Below are positions 26,456 through 32,408 of a stretch of 64,000 nt of DNA, piece after piece. Origin of the DNA: Motiliproteus sp. (GTDB lineage Bacteria > Pseudomonadota > Gammaproteobacteria > Pseudomonadales > Balneatricaceae); contig JBALTG010000001.1 in the NCBI GenBank assembly GCA_036964625.1, positions 25,379-89,378 on the forward strand, in the 5' to 3' direction. Each line of letters starts with the position of its first letter. Positions within the stretch are counted from its first letter, which is position 1. The position numbers and the translations under genes are program-made. The notes beneath the pieces were generated by a model. That model was given only the letters and a program-made list of their open reading frames with translations. It had not been told where the DNA came from and searched no databases.

Positions 26456-26499
26456 GCAGGATCCAGGATCCTGCTCGCAGCAGACTCTGTACGTCACTT

Positions 26500-26537
26500 G
26501 AGCGCAGCCCCCCAGGGGCTGCGCTCTCCCCTTTTTT
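26500..26537 (+). terminator. rho-independent terminator after ilvD
   Basis: GAGCGCAGCCC / GGGCTGCGCTC stem of 11-12 bp, then TCCCC and a T6 run. Confidence 0.65.
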
Positions 26538-26588
26538 AGGATTAACAAGCGTGACCGCTTTATTCCTGCCAGCGAAGTCCAAGACACC

Positions 26589-27344
26589 ATGAGCGTAGAA
26601 AATACACCGGATCCACAGAGTCCGCAGAGCCCAGAGGGTTCTGATGCCAACAGCGTCAGTGAGAATAAGTATCTGCGCTCCATCCGTACCTTTGTGGTTC
26701 GCGCGGGACGCATGACCCCCGGGCAGCAGCGAGCGCTGGAGCAGCAATGGCCGGCAATGGGGCTTAACCTGGCAGACGGGATGATCGATTACGCTCAGGT
26801 GTTCGGCCGTAGCGCACCAACAATACTGGAGATCGGTTTCGGTATGGGTGATTCGTTACTGGCGATGGCCGAAGCTGCGCCCGACACCAACTATATCGGT
26901 ATCGAGGTTCATCACCCCGGCGTTGGCCGCCTGCTCAGCAACGCTGCCAACGCCGATCTGAGCAACCTTAAGGTCTATCACGAGGACGCGTTGCTGGTAC
27001 TCAAAGACTGCATCCCGGATAGCTCGCTGGATGCGATCCAGCTGTTCTTCCCCGATCCCTGGCACAAGAAAAAGCACAACAAAAGACGCATGGTGCAGCC
27101 TGAGATCGCCCAGACCTTCCGCAACAAACTCAAGGTCGGCGGTTGTTTCCACATGGCCACCGACTGGCAGCCCTACGCCGAGCATATGCTGGAGGTGATG
27201 AACGCAGCCCCGGGCTACCGCAACGCCGCCGGAGAGAATCAGTACGCCCCCCAACCCGAATCACGCCCCGTCACCAAGTTTCAACGCCGCGGCGAAAAAC
27301 TCGGCCACGGCGTGTGGGATCTGATGTTTGAGCGGATCAGCTGA
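26589..27344 (+). CDS. trmB: tRNA (guanine46-N7)-methyltransferase
   Basis: 251 aa. [19 protein letters not shown] and [14 protein letters not shown] are TrmB signatures. Confidence 0.93.
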   Translation: MSVENTPDPQSPQSPEGSDANSVSENKYLRSIRTFVVRAGRMTPGQQRALEQQWPAMGLNLADGMIDYAQVFGRSAPTILEIGFGMGDSLLAMAEAAPDTNYIGIEVHHPGVGRLLSNAANADLSNLKVYHEDALLVLKDCIPDSSLDAIQLFFPDPWHKKKHNKRRMVQPEIAQTFRNKLKVGGCFHMATDWQPYAEHMLEVMNAAPGYRNAAGENQYAPQPESRPVTKFQRRGEKLGHGVWDLMFERIS

Positions 27345-27576
27345 GCAACGCCTCTCTCCTCAGAGGGAGGGGGGAAGTAACACCATAATGCCCTTAATTA
27401 ACTACGTAAATTGCTGACGTGGGTTCTTTGCTGACCCCGCTCCTCTCGTACATGAGGCGGCGACAGATCGCAACCTCCCACGCACACACCCCCCTACAAT
27501 CTGCCGCAGTTGCGTGGAATTGATTTATATTCAGGGGATAGCATGGGTCTTCGACTCATGTTGACGCATGCTTGCG

Positions 27577-27607
27577 TCTCCTATTAACCCGCCGGGTTAA
27601 TAGGAGA
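27577..27607. other. perfect 14 bp inverted repeat (TCTCCTATTAACCC-GCC-GGGTTAATAGGAGA) overlapping the 3' end of the 82-aa ORF
   Basis: Direct reading. A second hairpin, GACGCA-TGCT-TGCGTC, lies at 27563-27578. No U-run follows on either strand. Confidence 0.6.
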
Positions 27608-27832
27608 TGTGGAGCCCTTGTCCCGGTGCCAGAGAATGCAGAGCCCAGGGCTGGTTGAACAGTTGTAGCACCGTGGGTTACTCCGATCACGGGTACAGAT
27701 AAGATACTCCTTCATTTTAAGCTGGCTCGGATCATTACGGCGGGAATTTACATATCCCTCTTGGTGGAGGAGATTTAACCTGTCACTGAAGGCTTCGATG
27801 GTGAAGCATTCGGAGATGCTAATGGGTTCCAT
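27584..27832 (-). CDS. hypothetical small protein (82 aa, Cys-rich C-terminal half)
   Basis: A strong Shine-Dalgarno (AAGGAG) lies 5-6 nt upstream of the ATG. I recognise no family. It sits in an AT-rich islet. Confidence 0.45.
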   Translation of the reverse strand: MEPISISECFTIEAFSDRLNLLHQEGYVNSRRNDPSQLKMKEYLICTRDRSNPRCYNCSTSPGLCILWHRDKGSTSPINPAG

Positions 27833-28378
27833 GATCTCTCCTTGATAGGTTTCAGTGACGGTGTTGAGTTTGGTGGTTAAAGAAAGATAGCTAATAAATA
27901 ATCAGTTTCAAATTAGTAATTTTCATGTTGCGACTGCGAAGTTCCTGTCGGTCGCGCAAACTCGATAGTTAGCTCTATGCTGGCTCATAAAATGCTGTTC
28001 TGCGGTAGATTTAAAGCCTGGTTACAACGCAGCCGGCAGGCCATCATAGCGGTGAGGCTTGCTTTTTTCCCATAATATCAATTTGTTAAGCGGTGGCAGT
28101 GAGCCGTGACGAGTCCCCCTTGGGTATCCGTGACTCCATGACGATCATCAGCAATGCTCAAGGGACACTTACGACACAAACCGGCCACTGAGTGTCTTGG
28201 TTGGCAAAAGGTAAGGCTTGTCCTCTTTGTTCTGATCCTTTTGTTCTGAATCGTTATTACCCACCCACAGTCGCGGCGCAGCCGTTCAAATTCCGCCATC
28301 GATCCGGATTGTGTTTTAATAGATCATCTAACCGCAGGGTCTTTGCCTCCGCAGAGCCGACAAAGTCGCAACCCAACC

Positions 28379-28654
28379 ATGAATTCAGAACCGGAAAAAC
28401 TGACTCGCAAGCACGCTGAACTTACCCACACCGACGAACTAAGGGTCATCTCCCACGTGCAGCGCGAATCCGGCGAGTGGTTTGTCAATACGCTGATGAT
28501 TGAAGCCTGCGAGGTTCCGTTTAAATACCGGCGTAAGAAGCGCTATAAAAGCCTGCAAGGGCAGCAGGTCAACCTCACTTATTATGCCACGACAGAGTCT
28601 GTCGCCGGATTGGAGGTCGAGATCATGAGCATTGTCAGGATTAAGCGATCCTGA
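28379..28654 (+). CDS. hypothetical protein (about 91 aa)
   Basis: Open frame with protein-like composition. No clear RBS, and the start is uncertain (TTG 28343 or ATG 28379). No family recognised. Confidence 0.4.
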   Translation: MNSEPEKLTRKHAELTHTDELRVISHVQRESGEWFVNTLMIEACEVPFKYRRKKRYKSLQGQQVNLTYYATTESVAGLEVEIMSIVRIKRS

Positions 28655-28703
28655 GCAGATGGGCCGCCATTAACGACCCCGACCGCATGGCCGGAAAAAC
28701 CTC

Positions 28704-29363
28704 ATGAGCGGGACCGCAGAGCAAAAACCGCGTTGGTTTCGAGTCTGCCTGATACTGCTGCTCTACGCCGGACTTTTTTCGCTAGGCCACTGGGGCGGCG
28801 GCTGGATAACAGAATGGATCAACCTCGATCTCAGCGGCGACGCCTCATCTCCCAATTGGCAGATGATGATTGCGGGGATTGTCCTGTATGTGCTGTTGAT
28901 GGCGATTCCGTTCGTGCCCGGCATGGAGATAAGCATCGCTCTGCTCGCGGTGTTCGGTCCGGCTGCTGCGATACCGGTCTACATCGCGACGCTGGTTGCC
29001 TTGACCTTATCTTGCTTGATTGGGCAACGACTGCCCATCGTGGTACTCACCAGACTGTTTGCCGCGCTCGGCCTGCAACAAGCCAAGACACTGGTCCTGA
29101 GGCTGGAACCCTTAAACGCGCCACAACGACTCGAGATCCTGACCGAGCAGACCCCCAAGCGGCTCTTGGCGCTGCTGTTACAGCACCGTTACATCGCCGT
29201 CATCGTCGCCCTCAATACTCCGGGCAACGCCCTTATCGGTGGTGGCGGCGGCATCGCGCTGCTGGCGGGTATCAGCGGCCTATTCTCGTTACCGCGCTTT
29301 GTCATCGCCGTTGCGTTGGCAGCTGCGCCAGTCCCTCTCGCGATTCTGTTGATCAGCGGCTAA
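28704..29363 (+). CDS. polytopic membrane protein, unknown function (possibly DedA/VTT-like)
   Basis: 219 aa with 5-6 hydrophobic helices and a PFVPGMEIS motif reminiscent of the TVP38/DedA family. The family assignment is not certain. Confidence 0.65.
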   Translation: MSGTAEQKPRWFRVCLILLLYAGLFSLGHWGGGWITEWINLDLSGDASSPNWQMMIAGIVLYVLLMAIPFVPGMEISIALLAVFGPAAAIPVYIATLVALTLSCLIGQRLPIVVLTRLFAALGLQQAKTLVLRLEPLNAPQRLEILTEQTPKRLLALLLQHRYIAVIVALNTPGNALIGGGGGIALLAGISGLFSLPRFVIAVALAAAPVPLAILLISG

Positions 29364-29426
29364 TAAATCTGACCCCGACAGGTCCGGAGAATAGCGCTAG
29401 AGCCGCTGGCACGGAGGAATTTCAGA

Positions 29427-29626
29427 CAAAGAAAAGCCGATCACCTCAGCTCCAGAACGCGCGGTTCAAGAGTGCGATAATCGGCTCGGCTCCAGTTATT
29501 ATTGTTGTTAGGGAGCGGTGTTCGCAGAGCGCCATTATTATTGTTATTGCAGCGACTCTAACGGAGTTTTCGAACTTTTTTGTTATTCTTATTTTTTGTT
29601 ATTCTTATTTTTTGTTCTTATTACTG
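29427..29626 (-). ncRNA. candidate sigma54-dependent A-rich sRNA, copy A (about 200 nt)
   Basis: Bounded by the predicted TSS about 11 nt downstream of the -12 GC and by a compound hairpin (AGCCGAU...AUCGGCU) plus UUUUCUUUG. Contains three AANAANAA tracts. The 5' and 3' ends are predictions. Confidence 0.6.
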
Positions 29627-29634
29627 AACTATAT

Positions 29635-29650
29635 AGCAGAGAGCGTGCCA
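29635..29650 (-). promoter_or_regulatory. sigma54 -24/-12 promoter element, copy A
   Basis: Minus strand reads TGGCACGCTCTCTGCT against the consensus TGGCACG-N4-TTGCW, with GG and GC at the exact canonical spacing. Confidence 0.7.
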
Positions 29651-29746
29651 GAAATCGCAACATGCTGTTTTTGATAGGCTAAGAATATTTTCAGCCTAAT
29701 GCCACCAGATAAGTGTCCGCTAAGCGCTACCTATACACCCACATCG

Positions 29747-29777
29747 GGTAACACTTAATGGGTAGCAAGGTAACACT
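29747..29777 (-). promoter_or_regulatory. candidate enhancer (UAS) for a bacterial enhancer-binding protein, copy A
   Basis: Direct repeat of GGTAACACT (minus strand AGTGTTACC) with a 22 bp period, centred about 110 bp upstream of the -24 element. Confidence 0.5.
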
Positions 29778-29920
29778 TCGGCACAGTCTGCTGTTCTTGC
29801 GCGCACAACGACCTCCCAGCAAGCGACGCCTGACAGGCGATCTACCGCGCTGGACCCACAACACAGGATCTATCGGGCCGAAGACGAGCATCAATGCAGC
29901 TGACGCAGGGGGATTTCAGA

Positions 29921-30106
29921 CAAAGAAAAGCCGATCACCCCAGCTCCAGAACGCGCGTTTCAAGAGTGCGATAATCGGCTCGGCTCCAGTTATTATTGTT
30001 GTTTGGGAGCGGTGTTTCGCAGAGCGCCATTATTATTGTTATTGCAGCGGCTGTTGCGGAGTTTTCGAACTTTTTGTTATTCTTATTTTTTTTGTTCTTA
30101 TTACTA
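29921..30106 (-). ncRNA. candidate sigma54-dependent A-rich sRNA, copy B (about 186 nt)
   Basis: Same architecture as copy A, but without the extra 16-nt A-rich module. Confidence 0.6.
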
Positions 30107-30114
30107 AGCTATAT

Positions 30115-30130
30115 AGCAGAGAGCGTGCCA
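30115..30130 (-). promoter_or_regulatory. sigma54 -24/-12 promoter element, copy B
   Basis: Minus strand TTGGCACGCTCTCTGCTATATAG. Confidence 0.7.
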
Positions 30131-30227
30131 ATAAACGCAACATACTGTTTTTACAGGGTGTCGGCATGCTTTCAGGCTAATGCCTCCAGATGATAATCCG
30201 CTAAGCGCTACCTATATACCCACATCG

Positions 30228-30258
30228 GGTAACACTTGATGGGTAGCAAGGTAACACT
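30228..30258 (-). promoter_or_regulatory. candidate enhancer (UAS), copy B
   Basis: GGTAACACT at 30228 and 30250, a 22 bp period. Confidence 0.5.
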
Positions 30259-30387
30259 TCGGCACAGGCCGCTTTGTTGCGCCCACAGCAACCTCCCAGC
30301 AAGCGACCCACAGCACTAGACCTGCGGCACAGGGCTTATCAGGCCTGGAGACGAGTACTAACATAACGGACGCAGAGGAATTTCAGA

Positions 30388-30574
30388 CAAAGAAAAGCCG
30401 ATCACCCCAGCTCAAGAACGCGAGGTTCCAGAGTGCGATAATCGGCTCGGCTCCAGTTATTATTATTGTTTGGGAGCGGTGTTTCGCAGAGCGCCATTAT
30501 TATTGTTATTGCAGCGCCTATTGCGGAGTTTTCGAACTTTTTTGTTATTCTTATTTTTTTTGTTCTTATTGCTA
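30388..30574 (-). ncRNA. candidate sigma54-dependent A-rich sRNA, copy C (about 187 nt)
   Basis: Same architecture. This is the copy closest to the upstream exonuclease gene. Confidence 0.6.
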
Positions 30575-30582
30575 ATACATAT

Positions 30583-30598
30583 AGCAGAGAGCGTGCCA
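30583..30598 (-). promoter_or_regulatory. sigma54 -24/-12 promoter element, copy C
   Basis: Minus strand TTGGCACGCTCTCTGCTATATGT. Confidence 0.7.
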
Positions 30599-30694
30599 AT
30601 AAATGCAACGCGCTGTTTTTAAAGCGATAGCTGTATTTTAGGTATAAAACCATCTGATAAGCGCCCGCTAAGCGCTACCTATACACCCACATCG

Positions 30695-30725
30695 GGTAAC
30701 ACTTAATGGGTAGCAAGGTAACACT
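30695..30725 (-). promoter_or_regulatory. candidate enhancer (UAS), copy C
   Basis: GGTAACACT at 30695 and 30717, a 22 bp period, about 45 bp downstream of the exonuclease stop codon. Confidence 0.5.
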
Positions 30726-30768
30726 TTGATACGGCCCGCACTCTTGCGCGCACACTGCTCCGCCGCCG

Positions 30769-31428
30769 TTATGCCGACGCCTCGGGCTCCAATACAGGCT
30801 CCGGCTCCTGATCCAGGATCGGCAGCTGGGAATCGGCTTTGTTCATCGCTTCGAGCACCTTGAGCGCCGCGTAGGCATCATTCGCGGCGTACAGCAGCTG
30901 ATTGCTTTTCAATTCAGGCAGCGCCCAATTAGAGGTCGATACGTGCTTGGACTTTTGAAAACGCTGTTTCAACACGACCGCTATCGCCGCCTTGACCCCG
31001 ATCTCCTTGCGATAGCCTTCGGCACGAAATAGCAGATTCAGATCCAGCAGAGCCCTGGGTTTGATAGCGAGCTTTCGCAGCAGGTGACCCCGATCCGATT
31101 TCAGCCCGAAACCCACCTTGACCAGCGTCGGCAATTGCAGCAATTCTGCGACCAGGGCATGACAGGCGTCATGCTGTAGCTGAAAAATATAGGCCCTCTT
31201 CAGAGTCGTTAGCTGAATCACATGCGGGCCATCGGAGATCTGGCCGGGCCTGAAACAGGGCTTTGACTCGGTATCAAAGCCAACGTAACGACAGCGCGAA
31301 AGATCCGCTGCTGCCGCAACAAACTCGGCCTGGGTGGAGGGAACAATGATCTGCTCCAGAGTCAGGCCCGTAAACGGGGGCAGTAAGGCGATATCGGCTT
31401 TTGAGGGCGGTTCAAGCTTTTTGGTCAT
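30769..31428 (-). CDS. DEDDy-type 3'-5' exonuclease domain protein (RNase D/WRN-exo-like)
   Basis: 219 aa. ExoI motif GFDTES and ExoIII motif YAANDAYAA (Y-x3-D). Confidence 0.8.
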   Translation of the reverse strand: MTKKLEPPSKADIALLPPFTGLTLEQIIVPSTQAEFVAAAADLSRCRYVGFDTESKPCFRPGQISDGPHVIQLTTLKRAYIFQLQHDACHALVAELLQLPTLVKVGFGLKSDRGHLLRKLAIKPRALLDLNLLFRAEGYRKEIGVKAAIAVVLKQRFQKSKHVSTSNWALPELKSNQLLYAANDAYAALKVLEAMNKADSQLPILDQEPEPVLEPEASA

Positions 31429-31520
31429 GGATGAGCCTAGGGTAGCGAACAGATAAAAACAGTTGGCGCTAAATATGCGTTACCCTGCCGACATTTACCA
31501 GTCGCACGCCTCTCGGGACT

Positions 31521-31711
31521 GCAGCGCTCGTTAGGCAGCGGGTAGCTACGCCCTCAAGGCGGAGGAGCACTTCAGCCTGCGGCACTCGTTAGGCTGCGGG
31601 TAGCTACGCCCTCAAGGCGGAGGAGCGCTTCAGCCTGCGGCGTTCGTTAGGCTGCGGCACTCGTTAGGCAGCGGGTAGGCGTGCCCTTAAGGCGGAGGAG
31701 GATAGCGCTGC
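31521..31711. repeat. 58 bp tandem repeat (2 full units, a 17 bp fragment, and the native unit) that duplicates the 3' end of the lipoprotein gene
   Basis: CTCGTTAGGC recurs at 31527, 31585, (31643) and 31660. The last unit contains the stop codon at 31687-31689 and the ...RYPPPP* codons. Confidence 0.9.
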
Positions 31712-32235
31712 AGCACCGCCGCGACCGTCTCGGCGATAAAGACGTCGTGTTCAGCTGGGTTTTTAAACCCGCTCAGGCGCCGTTCCGCCACCCCCCGCCA
31801 CAGCAACCGTCGCTCCGCCGGATCGAGCAGGTCGATCACCAGCGTCGCCTCCTTATACTCCTGAGACTGACCGCCGAGCAACTCCAGACCGTTGTGGCCA
31901 CGGTGGCGCGAGTAGCTGCCCTCCAGCATAAAGAGATCCAGATCGACCATTTTTTCTATGCCGATCTGATAGCGGACCAAAATATCGGCCTCTGCGCGGT
32001 TAGCGGTTCGCAGGATACCGCGTACCAGAAGTTCGTTTTCAACCGCCAGTTCGACCCGCGCGCTGACCAGGGAGCTGTTGTAAATCGACGCCGGAGACAA
32101 ATCGGCTGGCGAGGGCACCCAGTAGTAGTGGCCAACCTGGCTGAAATCATAGCCCGGCTGATAGTCAACGCTGACCGGAATCATCGAGCAACCGGTGAGC
32201 AGTAGCAAAAAAAGAGAGAGCCGTAACGGGCGCAT
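31687..32235 (-). CDS. lipoprotein, DUF4136-like
   Basis: 182 aa. Signal peptide with lipobox LLLTGC. The DUF4136 assignment is from memory of the family pattern. Confidence 0.75.
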   Translation of the reverse strand: MRPLRLSLFLLLLTGCSMIPVSVDYQPGYDFSQVGHYYWVPSPADLSPASIYNSSLVSARVELAVENELLVRGILRTANRAEADILVRYQIGIEKMVDLDLFMLEGSYSRHRGHNGLELLGGQSQEYKEATLVIDLLDPAERRLLWRGVAERRLSGFKNPAEHDVFIAETVAAVLQRYPPPP

Positions 32236-32408
32236 GTTAAGTCCTCCTCATCTAATCAATGCTTATATTATAAGCCAGCAAAATGCGCCACGGATTGCCG
32301 GACCGGCACAGTGAGTGCTGCATTGAACAAAAAACGTAGCATCTGGCGGCAGACAACGGTAGCGTGCGCACTACCGCTTTTAAGGACCGTACTCTTAAGG
32401 ACCGTACC

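Larger units (their letters stand above)
29413..30740 (-). repeat. tandem array of three paralogous non-coding modules (periods about 467-494 bp)
   Basis: Landmarks recur at fixed offsets. AGCCGAT is at 29435/29929/30396, AGCAGAGAGCGTGCCA at 29635/30115/30583, and GGTAACACT pairs at 29747+29769, 30228+30250 and 30695+30717. Confidence 0.95.

Noticed and set aside
25514-26713. 399-aa minus-strand ORF antisense to ilvD, and similar long antisense ORFs in uvrA, sbcC, argA, pit and glnE
   Set aside because: These are typical shadow ORFs of GC-rich genes, opposite strongly supported conserved genes. They have A/G/R/P-rich composition and no recognisable domains.
28078-28299. 73-aa minus-strand ORF in the AT-rich islet
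   Set aside because: It has no RBS and a very basic, low-information sequence, and it partly overlaps another weak plus-strand ORF. It is not reported as a gene, although the islet as a whole is flagged.
29408-29423. Plus-strand TGGCACGGAGGAATTT next to copy A as another sigma54 promoter
   Set aside because: It has the -24 half only. The -12 position reads AATT instead of TTGC, and the sequence is absent from copies B and C.
28733-29674. 313-aa plus-strand ORF in the track
   Set aside because: It is an alternative frame of the credible membrane-protein gene at 28704-29363. It is R/A/P-rich, as expected for an off-frame reading of GC-rich DNA. It then runs on into the non-coding repeat module, where its sequence becomes low-complexity (IIVVRER..IIIVIAA..FLFLLL).
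29758-30653. Track ORFs 29758-30180 (+), 29996-30193 (+) and 30402-30653 (-) inside the tandem array
   Set aside because: They translate the T-rich/A-rich tracts into runs of I/V/F/L or N/K. They have no RBS, their frames differ between otherwise near-identical DNA copies, and they span the promoter and terminator elements. The region is interpreted as non-coding.
29413-30740. CRISPR array or MITE as an explanation for the three repeats
   Set aside because: The period of about 470-490 bp and the conservation of almost the whole unit do not fit CRISPR, which has 25-40 bp repeats with unique spacers. No terminal inverted repeats or target-site duplications of a MITE or IS are visible, and there is no transposase.
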